DNA from: Christensenellaceae bacterium
GTDB taxonomy: Bacteria; Bacillota; Clostridia; Christensenellales; Borkfalkiaceae
Length of the DNA stretch: 46,647 nt
Direction of reading: 5' to 3'
NCBI GenBank assembly: GCA_045599025.1
Contig: JAZRVG010000066.1
Location: 1 to 46,647 of the forward strand
Shown here one piece after another: positions 1 to 9,741 of this stretch. The notes below the pieces were generated by a model that made no database searches, was not told the origin of the DNA, and was given only the letters and a program-made list of their open reading frames with translations. Both the position numbers and the translations under genes were made by a program. Position 1 is the first letter of the stretch. The number at the start of each line of letters is the position of its first letter.

Positions 1-2223
1 TGTTTTTATATTTTTAACGGTAATATATCCGCCTGCGTCCATACGCTTTATTCTAAAAATAATTCCGTTTAAGTGTATAGGAAGTAAGTTAAATCTTATA
101 TCCGAATATATTCCGTTTGTTTTTTCTAAAAACTCTTTTACGTTAGTTATAACACCGCCTTTTAAGGTGTATTCTTTATCGGTATTATTAACTTGCCATT
201 TTGGATTTATATTGCTATCAACGATTTTTTCTCCGTCAAAAACTCCCATAAATCCCTGCTCGTTTTCGTTGTTTGTTCTTGCAATAAACGATATGTCAAC
301 CTTTTTACCCTTTTCTAAATTAAGGGGCAATAACAAATATAATTCTCTTTCGTAAACTTCGTTATTTCTGTCTGCCGATTGACATTTAAAGTCCCAATAA
401 GTCCACTCAACGGGCGGTTGATTAAAATTCTTTACAACGGGTAAAAAAGTATTTTCAACTATTCTCGTTATTCCGAAATTCCTTAAATTGTTATACGTTT
501 CTTCGTTCTTTTTAACATAAGTTTCTATTTGCTTTCCGTTACCCGTTTTAACTACTTCTTCCATTAAAGAATAAGTATCGTAAACGTCTATTTGCAACGA
601 ACTTTTTTTAACTCGCATTTTTTCGCCCGAAGTTTTAGCAAGGTCTTCCGCTTTTTTAAATAGTTCTTTTGAATAATTTATAAACGAATAATCTATGCTA
701 CCGTCTTCGTTTCTTTTAACGGGTACGATTTCTTGCGGAGATGAGAACGAACCGAATTCAACGTTTTTAGTACAAGTTTCAAGGTTTTTGATATAGTCGT
801 AAATATAATTCCAACCGTCTCCGTAATAACCTTGCAAAAACTCCGTTAAATGTCTTTCGTATTCTTCTTCACTCATTTTGGAATTAAACATAAGTTTTGA
901 AAGCAAGTAAAGTTTTAATTCGTAAAATTCGCAACCGTTCGTTTCTCCGTTTATGTAAATGCCACGAACGTTATTATTTGAATAAAAATTAAACCTTTCT
1001 ACCAAAGTGTGAAATATCGGGAACGGTCCGTTTATTATAAAATAATTATACGGATAATCCCATATATATATCTTTTTTGCAACTTGTTTCCAGTTGTTTA
1101 AGTTTTCAACGAATTGTTTAGTTGCACTGTCTTCTTTCTTTTGTATTTTTTCGGTTATAGTTTTACCTAAATCGTTTATCGTAGCACAAACTCTTATAAC
1201 AACGTTGTCGTCCGGTTTAACCAAATTCGGTGCAACTTTAGTAGTATGATAAGCAATAGTATCTATAAGTAATTTAGGATAATTCTCTTTTAATCTTCTT
1301 GCTACTTTATTTACGAAAGTTAGTACGGCATCGGTATCGTTACCGCCTTTTTTGTAAATTTCTCTACATTTTTTACATTGACAAAACGGAATATTTCCAT
1401 CGTTTATTGATACCGAAAGCATCGTAGGATCTTCTTCGTCGTCAAGCCATTTTTTAGCGTTAACGATAAAGGTTTCAAACATATCGTCGTTAGTTAAGCA
1501 CAACCCCATAGGGTCTCTAATGCCGTCTTCGTTTATAGCGAAATATTCGGGGTGTTCGTTATAAATTTCTTTTGGCATTAACTTTTCAAAAGTATGAACA
1601 AGCCCTGCAAATCCACCGCTATAACCTACAGAATAACCGTCTTCTTTTCTTAATTTTCTAATGAAACTTCCGTTTATTTTACTCTTTACGGAAAAATCGG
1701 GATTCCATGCGTCCCAATCGCATATTTCACGATATTCAAACAAAGGTTTATATCTTTCGTTTATAGCGTTAACGGTTATTACTCCGTTATTAGGTTCTAT
1801 TATTTTTTCTAAATCTTTCGTAAAAAATCTTACGCCTAAATATTTTTCCAAAAATTCGTAAACGCCGTATAAAACACCACGCTTTCCGCCGTTAATAATT
1901 ACGTTGCCGTTTACTGTTTTAATTAAATATTCGTCGTCGGAAAATTCTATTTCTTTCGTATCGTCTTCACTAAAATCCGTTCCGCCGATTAAAAAATATT
2001 TATCGGTTTTGAGCGGAAAAGTATCGTATAAAATAGGCAAATGAACGTCCGTTATTTTGAAAAGATAATTTTGCAAAACTTCCCCCGCCTTTTCTACCTG
2101 TGCAGGCAATACGGGAGCGGACCTTTTATGAGAAGTACTGTTCATAAAAATGCCGTATTTTGATATGGCGTTATTTTCTATAAACAAATCAAAAATCTTT
2201 TCGCCTAATCTATCAAATTTCAT
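1..2223 (-). CDS. DUF4838-family protein, third paralogue (no signal peptide); C-terminus runs off the left window edge
   Basis: Absent from the ORF track because there is no stop codon inside the window. ATG at 2223-2221 is preceded by AAGGAG. I hand-translated the minus strand at 2223-2101 (MKFDRLGEKIFDLF...), 960-901 (IYINGETNGCEFYELKLYLL) and 60-1 (IFRIKRMDAGGYITVKNIKT). All three are in the same frame (741 codons) and no stop was seen. Shares motifs with the ORFs at 9742-11700 and 11726-13675 (RG.LYGVY.FLE, HPEYFA, CLTN, Cys cluster, F.NKVA, L..YLLSKL, GYYGDGW). Confidence 0.8.
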   Translation of the reverse strand, partial: MKFDRLGEKIFDLFIENNAISKYGIFMNSTSHKRSAPVLPAQVEKAGEVLQNYLFKITDVHLPILYDTFPLKTDKYFLIGGTDFSEDDTKEIEFSDDEYLIKTVNGNVIINGGKRGVLYGVYEFLEKYLGVRFFTKDLEKIIEPNNGVITVNAINERYKPLFEYREICDWDAWNPDFSVKSKINGSFIRKLRKEDGYSVGYSGGFAGLVHTFEKLMPKEIYNEHPEYFAINEDGIRDPMGLCLTNDDMFETFIVNAKKWLDDEEDPTMLSVSINDGNIPFCQCKKCREIYKKGGNDTDAVLTFVNKVARRLKENYPKLLIDTIAYHTTKVAPNLVKPDDNVVIRVCATINDLGKTITEKIQKKEDSATKQFVENLNNWKQVAKKIYIWDYPYNYFIINGPFPIFHTLVERFNFYSNNNVRGIYINGETNGCEFYELKLYLLSKLMFNSKMSEEEYERHLTEFLQGYYGDGWNYIYDYIKNLETCTKNVEFGSFSSPQEIVPVKRNEDGSIDYSFINYSKELFKKAEDLAKTSGEKMRVKKSSLQIDVYDTYSLMEEVVKTGNGKQIETYVKKNEETYNNLRNFGITRIVENTFLPVVKNFNQPPVEWTYWDFKCQSADRNNEVYERELYLLLPLNLEKGKKVDISFIARTNNENEQGFMGVFDGEKIVDSNINPKWQVNNTDKEYTLKGGVITNVKEFLEKTNGIYSDIRFNLLPIHLNGIIFRIKRMDAGGYITVKNIKT

Positions 2224-2293
2224 TTTTCAAACTCCTTTTGAAATTGATATGCAACGACTCTATTCCCCTTTTTAGAGGAATAGAGTTATTAGT

Positions 2294-5200
2294 TTAGTTA
2301 ATTTTTTGAATAGAAATGTCTTTTACGATAGCAGGAGAATCTGCACTTGTAAAGTTAACGAAACATAACATTACGCAGTTTCCGTAACCGCTTACGTCCG
2401 TAAGAGTAAAGTCGTTATTATACTTTAATTCGTCGTACGAATATACCGTTGCAGTACAAGTAACCGTAGTCCACTCATCCGTTACGTTTTTAGTAAGAAG
2501 ATCGTATTTGGTTGCAAGTCCGTCAACAAACTTTCCTTCTCCCCACCTTATAGAAGATTTATCTTTTACCATCAGTTCCGAATAATTGTTAGTATTGGTA
2601 TTGAATTTTATCTTAAACGATACTTCAACTTCCGTTCCTTCGGCTAATTCGGTTGATAAACCTAAATAGTGTTGATAAGAAGTAGCGTTGGTATTGTGTC
2701 TTGTTCCCTTTGGAACTCCTTTACCGATATATTCAAATTCTACTTCTTTATAATAGAAATCTGTCGTTTTTCCTGCGTTAAGTGCAAGATAAATACATTT
2801 GCCTTCGTGAGTTAAAGTTAACGGTTTTTGATTTGAAGTAAAGGTGTAAGTCGTGTTATCTACTACTATTGCGTTAAATTCAATATCTACCCATTTACCA
2901 CTGTTTTCTTTTGCAAGTTTTGATACTATTGTCCAAATAGACACATCACCCGAAGCACTTAAATTTGCGTAATCACTCGTAGCGTTTTCGTAAATTTTCA
3001 TAGATACTTTTACGGTATCGCCTACTTCGTAGTTGCTCATATCAAAGAACTCTACACCGTAATAACCGGTATTAGCATCTCCACTGTTTGCGGCTTGCAT
3101 TGATACTTTTTTGCCTACGTATTCAACGGTTACGTTTTTATAATAGAAGTCACTGTCCTTTCCTGCGTTGTATGCAAGATAAATACACTTTCCTTCGTGA
3201 GTTAAAGTTAACGGTTTTTGATTTGAAGTAAAGGTGTAAGTCGTGTTATCTACTACTATTGCATTAAATTCAATATCTACCCATTTACCACTGTTTTCTT
3301 TTGCTGTTTTTGAAGTTGAAGACCAAATAGCAACGGAACCCGATGCTGCCAAATTTGACCAATCACTATTGGTGGTTTGGTAAACTTTCATAGATACTTT
3401 TACGGTATCGCCTACTTCGTAGTCGCTCATATCAAAGAACTCTACGCCGTAATAACCTGTGTTTGTATCTTGATTATTTGCGGCTTGCATTGATACTTTT
3501 TTGCCTACGTATTCAATATCTACGTCTTTATACAAGAAAATTGAAGTAGCACTGCCGTTATACGCAATATAAATACACTTGCCTTCGTGAGTTAAAGTTA
3601 ACGGTTTTTGATTTGATTTAAAGGTATAAGTAGTGTTATCTACTACTATTGCATCAAAATCAATATTTACCCATTTACCGCTGTTTTCTTTTGCAAGTTT
3701 TGAAACGGTAGTCCAAATTGCAACGTCACCCGACGCTCCTAAATTTGCGTAATCGCTCGTAGTCGTTTGGTAAACGCTCATAGAAACTTTTACGGTATCG
3801 CCTACTTCGTAGTTGCTCATATCAAAGAACTCTACGCCAAAATAACCCGTAGTTATATCTAAAGTGTTGGCAGGTTTCATTTTTAAAGGAGTACCTTCAA
3901 TCTTTTCAAAGTTTACTTCTTTGTAGAAGAAGACGGAAGTTTCGCCTGCGTTATAAGCAATATAAATACAATTCCCTTCGTATTCAAATTCTTTTTCTAT
4001 TTGGTTAGAAACAAACTTATAAGTTCCGTCGTTTTTAACGGTAGCAACAAAGTTAATTTCCGTCCATTCGCCACTATATCTTTTTGCTATATGAGCGTCC
4101 TTTTCTAACAACCAAATTGCATTACCCGTTGTTTGAAGATTTGAAAAATCACTATCGGTAGATTGATATACTTGCATAGTAACTTTTACAGTATCGCCTA
4201 CTTCGTAGTTGCTCATATCAAAGAACTCTACGCCGTAGTATCCGGTATTTTTATCGGAACTGTTTACGGCAACCATATCTACTTTATTTCCGTCTAATAC
4301 CTCAATATTTTTCGGTTTGTAAAACGCTCTAAATCCGCCTACGGTTACGCTTGATAATTTACCCATAGAAACGTAAATATCTCCGTTTTCGTCGGGGGTT
4401 GCCATATAATAAATTTCTTTATATTCGTCCGCCGAAAAATAAGTATTGTCCCAACTGCCGTATCTAACGCCTTTTCCTTCGTATTCCGATCCTTTATCTA
4501 CTCTTTGCCAGTTTTTAGCCATGTCGTATCTTTCTTTATTCCAAGCAAATAAGGTTACTTTAAAGTTTTCAATACTTTCGGGTGCGTTTTGGTTATATTG
4601 CAACAATACGTCCGCAGTTATTTTAACGGTTTTGTTAGCGTATTCTTCGCCTATATGAATTTTGGTCATTTCGTCCATCCACCAACAACCCGAATAATCG
4701 TAGTAAGGTAAAACGAACGAATCTTCTGCTATTATGGAAGAAGCCGTTTTGAACTCTTCCATTGTAATACCGTTTGGAAGAGTTGTAATTTTAGTTGCGT
4801 AAATATCGTCAACGTAAACGGTATTCGTGCCTACGGTGGCAAGAATTATAACGTTTTCGTATTCGTTTGCCGTCTTAAAGGTGATTTTCGTCCACTCGTT
4901 CCACTTAACCGTTTTACCGTTATCGGAAGAAGAACTGCAAGTTATTCTCGGGAAATCGTAAATAATTTTCGGTAATTGTCCTGCTGGAACGTATTCACTT
5001 TCTTCGCCTTGCGGTTTTTCAACGTAAACGAAAAGTGAAATTTCGTCAATAAGTCTAAAATCGGGAATAACGTCGCCGTATTTAACAAGGTTTAATTGTG
5101 CTCCGCCTACTATTTTTATAGACGCTCCCGTTTCGCCGTGTTTAATTTCTTTATTTATAGAAACGTTCTCTTTTGCAGTTGCTAAATTGCACTTTCTGTT

Positions 5201-6109
5201 ATCAAAAGAGTAAATTTCGTTTTCGTTTATATTAAGAGTTCCTATTTCCTTTAAAATGTTACTAAAAGAGTGGAAATCGTCTTTTATACATTCTAATTGG
5301 AAATCGTATTCTCCCGTTTTCGTAACGATATTGTCTTCAACGATATTTAACGTGTAAGTATCTTCTTCGGGAACTATTGAAGAAATATCTACTTCTTGCA
5401 ATTCTTGACCGGTAGGTGCAACCCAAAGTTTGAAGGAGTCAAAATCGTTTTTAACCCAAGAAAGCACGTGAATACTGTCGTTACATAACGAAGAAGGCGT
5501 TACTACCTTTAAAGTTTCACTCGTTTCGGAAACGTCCGATTCAAGATAGATTTTACTGCCTTTTGCATAAGTTTCACACTTAACAACGATAGTATGTTCT
5601 CCGTTAACCAAAGAAGAATATTCGGTTTTGCTGTATTTAATCCAACGTGTACCACCGTCAACTTGAACGGAATATTTTTTTGCATTTGCAACGGGTTCCC
5701 AAGTTAAAACGGTGTTCCTCGTTTCTTCGTTTACGGTTATGACAGGTTTACTCGGAGTTGCTAATTTTTCTACGCTTACTTCCTTTTCGGCAAGTTCGCT
5801 TTTTTCCGTACCTTTAACCGCTCTAACGTACAATTTTTGAGTGTTTAGAGTTATATTTAATTTAGATAAATCAATATTGTTTGCTCTTCCTTCCGTTTCA
5901 ACGAAAGTAACGCCGTCGGAACTTACTTCGTACTTATCAACGCCTTTAATAGCGTCCCATTCAAGTTCCGTACCTGAAAGTTGCAAATTTTCCGGTTTTG
6001 TAAGAGCGTCTTCTTTTCCTTTTCCGGAATTGTTTTGACAAGCAATAAAAAGTAAAGAAGAAGTCAACACTATTACACATATTGTGAGTAGTTTTATTAT
6101 TTTTTTCAT
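2294..6109 (-). CDS. 1271-aa cell-surface lipoprotein: N-terminal Fn3-like modules, a central beta-sandwich-like region, four near-identical ~130-aa CBM-like repeats and a diverged fifth
   Basis: ORF track. Signal peptide plus lipobox (MKKIIKLLTICVIVLTSSLLFIAC). SD AAGGGG lies upstream of the ATG at 6109. Fn3-like strings (e.g. LTWEPVANAKKYSVQVDGG). Repeats of GY(Y/F)GVEFFDMS.YEVGDTVKV...HEGKCIY. The domain class is inferred from architecture only. Confidence 0.75.
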   Translation of the reverse strand: MKKIIKLLTICVIVLTSSLLFIACQNNSGKGKEDALTKPENLQLSGTELEWDAIKGVDKYEVSSDGVTFVETEGRANNIDLSKLNITLNTQKLYVRAVKGTEKSELAEKEVSVEKLATPSKPVITVNEETRNTVLTWEPVANAKKYSVQVDGGTRWIKYSKTEYSSLVNGEHTIVVKCETYAKGSKIYLESDVSETSETLKVVTPSSLCNDSIHVLSWVKNDFDSFKLWVAPTGQELQEVDISSIVPEEDTYTLNIVEDNIVTKTGEYDFQLECIKDDFHSFSNILKEIGTLNINENEIYSFDNRKCNLATAKENVSINKEIKHGETGASIKIVGGAQLNLVKYGDVIPDFRLIDEISLFVYVEKPQGEESEYVPAGQLPKIIYDFPRITCSSSSDNGKTVKWNEWTKITFKTANEYENVIILATVGTNTVYVDDIYATKITTLPNGITMEEFKTASSIIAEDSFVLPYYDYSGCWWMDEMTKIHIGEEYANKTVKITADVLLQYNQNAPESIENFKVTLFAWNKERYDMAKNWQRVDKGSEYEGKGVRYGSWDNTYFSADEYKEIYYMATPDENGDIYVSMGKLSSVTVGGFRAFYKPKNIEVLDGNKVDMVAVNSSDKNTGYYGVEFFDMSNYEVGDTVKVTMQVYQSTDSDFSNLQTTGNAIWLLEKDAHIAKRYSGEWTEINFVATVKNDGTYKFVSNQIEKEFEYEGNCIYIAYNAGETSVFFYKEVNFEKIEGTPLKMKPANTLDITTGYFGVEFFDMSNYEVGDTVKVSMSVYQTTTSDYANLGASGDVAIWTTVSKLAKENSGKWVNIDFDAIVVDNTTYTFKSNQKPLTLTHEGKCIYIAYNGSATSIFLYKDVDIEYVGKKVSMQAANNQDTNTGYYGVEFFDMSDYEVGDTVKVSMKVYQTTNSDWSNLAASGSVAIWSSTSKTAKENSGKWVDIEFNAIVVDNTTYTFTSNQKPLTLTHEGKCIYLAYNAGKDSDFYYKNVTVEYVGKKVSMQAANSGDANTGYYGVEFFDMSNYEVGDTVKVSMKIYENATSDYANLSASGDVSIWTIVSKLAKENSGKWVDIEFNAIVVDNTTYTFTSNQKPLTLTHEGKCIYLALNAGKTTDFYYKEVEFEYIGKGVPKGTRHNTNATSYQHYLGLSTELAEGTEVEVSFKIKFNTNTNNYSELMVKDKSSIRWGEGKFVDGLATKYDLLTKNVTDEWTTVTCTATVYSYDELKYNNDFTLTDVSGYGNCVMLCFVNFTSADSPAIVKDISIQKIN
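2690..4250. repeat. Four in-frame tandem repeats, period exactly 390 bp, inside the surface-lipoprotein gene
   Basis: Lines 2821-2880 and 3211-3270 differ at 1 of 60 positions, and 3601-3660 is a third close copy. The GYYGVEFF-encoding block (aaagaactctac.ccgtaataacc) recurs at about 3045, 3435, 3825 and 4215. Outer boundaries are approximate. Confidence 0.85.
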
Positions 6110-6126
6110 TTTTTTCCCCTTATTTT

Positions 6127-7728
6127 TTAATCGTCTAACGGAATACCTGCCGCTTGCATTTTAGTTTTATATTTAGCATTGTCGTTTGCGGTGTAATTCG
6201 CTTTATTGTTGTTGTACATAGCAACTGCTCTCGTTCTATCGTATGATTTTTGAGAACCGAAAGATTTTTCTATATTCATACCTTCCGCATAAATGTAAGG
6301 AGTGAACGCTTTGTCCTTAAAGTTGATACAGAACGGTTTGCTATTTTGTAAAATTCTAATGTTTTGAGCACTAAATTTGTTTACGGTTGATAAAGCGTCG
6401 CTAAAATCGTGATTTTTAACGGGTAAAACTACGCCTGCGTTTGAAGAAACGTGAGTATCAATAGAAGTGTCTCTATACATAAATTGTAAGAATAATTTAG
6501 CAAGTCCTTTATTTTTAGCGTATTTAGGAACTACGTAAGTAGCCGCTTCACCACCGATATAACATAAACTTCTTGCGTCTTTAACCGTATTGAAGTCTTC
6601 TTGGTTAACCGAATAACCCGTTCCCGTCAAAGCGGTTTCTCCGTTATCTATTGCGGTAATAAGACTTGAAAGTTCTTCGTCGTTAGAAATGGTAGTACAT
6701 TTTTCTACTATTGAACTTATAACCGGAGTTCTCATAGGCTTTAATTCAAAGTCAGGACCGTCGGGATATAAAACGCTCATTTCGTTCATAATCCAAGCCC
6801 CGTTAGCCATAAACGCCGCTGCATTATCAAAGAATTTTGATTGAGCACCCATGTAATCTTCACCTACGGAAGTTTTGTAAATATTACCGTTATCATACCA
6901 CAATATATCTTCGCAAACTTGCATTGCTTTTAAAGTACCTTCAAGATAGGTTGAAGAAACGTCCGTTTTATAACTGCCGTCCGCTTGTTTAACCTTACCT
7001 AATTGCATTTGATTAAATTCTTCAAGACCTTGATATTGAGCAAACCAAGTACAATAAATTTGGTTCCAATAATCTACGCCCGTATCTCCCGAGAAAATAG
7101 TAGGAACTACACCGCTTGATTTAAGGTCGTTACATAAAGCAATCAATTCGTTAGTAGTTTTAGGAACTTCGCTGTCTTCTATAATATCGGCGTTATAAAC
7201 GAAACCGTACCAAGAAATATACGAAGGTAAAGTATAATAGTGGTTATCCGATAATTTGTGATAATTAACAAATTCGTCAGCCATTTTTTCGGTAATAGAC
7301 GAAGTTTCGTCTTGCCACTTATAAGACCAAACGTCGTCTAACGATTCAAATTGATCCCTATATTCAAAAATTATAGACTCGGAAGAAATTAAATCGTATT
7401 TTTGATTTTCTTTAGCCATCAATTCACCGAATATTACTTTTCTTTCGGGCGAAGAAGAGAGTTTAACCGTTACGTTGGGGAAAGCGTCGTTAAAATCGCT
7501 TATTACGCCTTCAATCCATTCAAGACCGAAACCGCCGTCCCAAGCACGGATTTTTAAAGTTCCGGAAATATCGTCGTTACCTACAACCATTTTTCCGTTT
7601 GAATCTAAATGATAGTAATCGCCAAGCACTTCTTCTTGATATTGTTCGTTTCCTTTACAGGCAACCAACGAAGATGCCATGATAACTACAAGTGCAAAAC
7701 TAGTTACTAATTTAAGTATTTTTTTCAT
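6127..7728 (-). CDS. ABC transporter extracellular solute-binding lipoprotein (large LplA-like sugar-binding type)
   Basis: ORF track. Lipobox MASSLVAC. SD AGGAG upstream. Size (~530 aa) and position next to two CUT1-type permeases. Confidence 0.8.
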   Translation of the reverse strand: MKKILKLVTSFALVVIMASSLVACKGNEQYQEEVLGDYYHLDSNGKMVVGNDDISGTLKIRAWDGGFGLEWIEGVISDFNDAFPNVTVKLSSSPERKVIFGELMAKENQKYDLISSESIIFEYRDQFESLDDVWSYKWQDETSSITEKMADEFVNYHKLSDNHYYTLPSYISWYGFVYNADIIEDSEVPKTTNELIALCNDLKSSGVVPTIFSGDTGVDYWNQIYCTWFAQYQGLEEFNQMQLGKVKQADGSYKTDVSSTYLEGTLKAMQVCEDILWYDNGNIYKTSVGEDYMGAQSKFFDNAAAFMANGAWIMNEMSVLYPDGPDFELKPMRTPVISSIVEKCTTISNDEELSSLITAIDNGETALTGTGYSVNQEDFNTVKDARSLCYIGGEAATYVVPKYAKNKGLAKLFLQFMYRDTSIDTHVSSNAGVVLPVKNHDFSDALSTVNKFSAQNIRILQNSKPFCINFKDKAFTPYIYAEGMNIEKSFGSQKSYDRTRAVAMYNNNKANYTANDNAKYKTKMQAAGIPLDD

Positions 7729-7761
7729 AATTTTCTCCTTTATATTTTATTTGTGCAAGAA

Positions 7762-8667
7762 CTAACCTTTTAAACCGCCTATACTAAAATTACCGAGCAA
7801 CTTTTTATTGAAAATTGCGAAGATAACGAAAATAGGCGTTATTGAAATTATAAGTCCCGAGAAAAGTACGGGATAATTCCCCGTTCTTTCTACTACGAGT
7901 TGATATTTATATAAGCCCGTTGATAAAGTTAACATATGTGGTAAATACAATAACGGAGACATATAATCATTCCATTTTGCTATAAACGCAAGCAAGAACA
8001 TCGTAATCATCATCGGCATTGCTTGCGAACGCATTACTTTAAAATAAATCGTGTAGAAACCCGCACCGTCTATTTGAGCGGCTTCCGCATAACTCCACGA
8101 AACACCACCCCAAAACGATTGCATAAGTAAGAAGTTCATACCGTAAACGTTAGTTGCGGTAATTAAAATCAAATAACTGTCAACTATGCGGAGTTGATAC
8201 ATCAATCTGTACGTTGAAACGAAGGTCGCTCCTATTGGAACGGATACCATAAACAAGCCTAAACCGTAAAGGAAATTTCTTCCTTTAAACTTATACTTGT
8301 TTATAACGTACGAGAAGATAGTCATAAACTCAATACTTATAAATGCCGAACCGCCAGCAAACCAAACGGAGTTCCAAATCATATCTAAAAACGTTTGGTC
8401 TTCGTTTTTAATTTTTCCAAAAGCCTCAATATAGTTTTTTACGTTAAATGCGGACTTAAAAGAAAAACCTTTTTCCATATATTTTGATATAGTACCTGCA
8501 AAATATGCTTTCGGCGTTTTTATTGAAGAAAAAATTCCCCAAAGTAACGGATATATTAAAATAAACGCATATAACGTAAACAATACGAACACTATTGAAA
8601 ATACTATTTTACCCGATATTGAACCGTCTCTTAATTGTATATCTTCGGAATACTTTCTCTTTTTCAT
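7762..8667 (-). CDS. Carbohydrate ABC transporter permease (MalG/LplC-like)
   Basis: ORF track. Multiple transmembrane segments. EAA loop AEAAQIDGAGFYTIYFKV. SD AAGGAG. Confidence 0.85.
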   Translation of the reverse strand: MKKRKYSEDIQLRDGSISGKIVFSIVFVLFTLYAFILIYPLLWGIFSSIKTPKAYFAGTISKYMEKGFSFKSAFNVKNYIEAFGKIKNEDQTFLDMIWNSVWFAGGSAFISIEFMTIFSYVINKYKFKGRNFLYGLGLFMVSVPIGATFVSTYRLMYQLRIVDSYLILITATNVYGMNFLLMQSFWGGVSWSYAEAAQIDGAGFYTIYFKVMRSQAMPMMITMFLLAFIAKWNDYMSPLLYLPHMLTLSTGLYKYQLVVERTGNYPVLFSGLIISITPIFVIFAIFNKKLLGNFSIGGLKG

Positions 8668-8678
8668 AGTGCGTCTCC

Positions 8679-9716
8679 TTAATATTCAATAGGTTCTATC
8701 TTTTGAACCAACTTATTTACAACGAGTGCTATCGGTAAAGTCAAAGTTCCCGTTATTAAACCGATTGCTCCCGATATGCCTTGACTTGCCTTACTTCCCG
8801 AAGTAGTTAACACGTAGTTATAGAAACCTAAATCGTAAGTTCCATAGCCACCGCCGGTAAGCAAGAGTGCCGCTCCGTTAGTGGTAAACAAACCGGTTAA
8901 ACTTAAAACCATCATAGTTCCGAAGAACGGGAAAGTTAAAGGGAATACCATGTATCTTATTTCTTGCCAAATGTTAACGCCGTCTAATACTGCCGATTCC
9001 GTTACTTCTTGCGGTATTCTTGCAAATGCCGCAAGGTTGTAAATCATATTACCCGTCATACCCATATAGAAGTTATAGAATAACATAGTCTTAAACGCAG
9101 TTGAACTGTCTCTCAATAATAAAACGTCCGGTTTATGCGTTAAAAATTCTATAACGTTCGGCATAAAGCCGTTTGGACCTACTATATATTTGAATAACGC
9201 CGCAAATATTACGGAAGATATGATATGCGGGAAAAAGAAGATATATCTAAATCCCTTGTAACCCGGAATTTTCTTGTATAAAAAGTACGCCATTAAATAA
9301 CTTAACGGAAGTAAAACCAAAAATGAGAACAACCAGTATTTCATACTGTTGAAAAACGCTTCGGGGAAAATACTGCCGTGTTCACTAAAAGAATCTAAAA
9401 CGTACTTAAAGTTGAAAAGTCCGTAAGTTTTTGCTCCCGTGGAAACGTCGTATTGCTCAAAGGCGATAGGTATTGATTTTATAGTTCCGTAAACCCAGAA
9501 TATTGCAAGGTCTATTAAAGGAATTATCAATACCGACCAAATACAAAGAGTTTCTTTTACTTTTCTACTTCTCTTTTGCTTTGATAAATAATCGCTTGAA
9601 GTACTTTCGGTTACCTTCTTTTTGGGGCTTAATAATACTTTTATATCATAGAAAAAACCTTTTACAGAATTCCACGCTTTTTGAAAAACCGTTTCCTTCT
9701 CTATTTTAATTTTCAT
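8679..9716 (-). CDS. Carbohydrate ABC transporter permease (MalF/LplB-like) with a ~55-aa basic N-terminal extension
   Basis: ORF track. Transmembrane-rich. EAA-like loop ESAVLDGVNIWQEIRYMVFP. SD GGGAGG. Confidence 0.8.
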   Translation of the reverse strand: MKIKIEKETVFQKAWNSVKGFFYDIKVLLSPKKKVTESTSSDYLSKQKRSRKVKETLCIWSVLIIPLIDLAIFWVYGTIKSIPIAFEQYDVSTGAKTYGLFNFKYVLDSFSEHGSIFPEAFFNSMKYWLFSFLVLLPLSYLMAYFLYKKIPGYKGFRYIFFFPHIISSVIFAALFKYIVGPNGFMPNVIEFLTHKPDVLLLRDSSTAFKTMLFYNFYMGMTGNMIYNLAAFARIPQEVTESAVLDGVNIWQEIRYMVFPLTFPFFGTMMVLSLTGLFTTNGAALLLTGGGYGTYDLGFYNYVLTTSGSKASQGISGAIGLITGTLTLPIALVVNKLVQKIEPIEY

Positions 9717-9741
9717 TATATTTCCTCCCGTATGTTTTCGG

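Noticed and set aside
2690-4250. Periodic 390-bp repeats as a possible CRISPR-like or satellite array
   Set aside because: The period is far too long, there is no short palindromic repeat with a unique-spacer pattern, and the repeats are in frame inside a continuous 1271-codon ORF.
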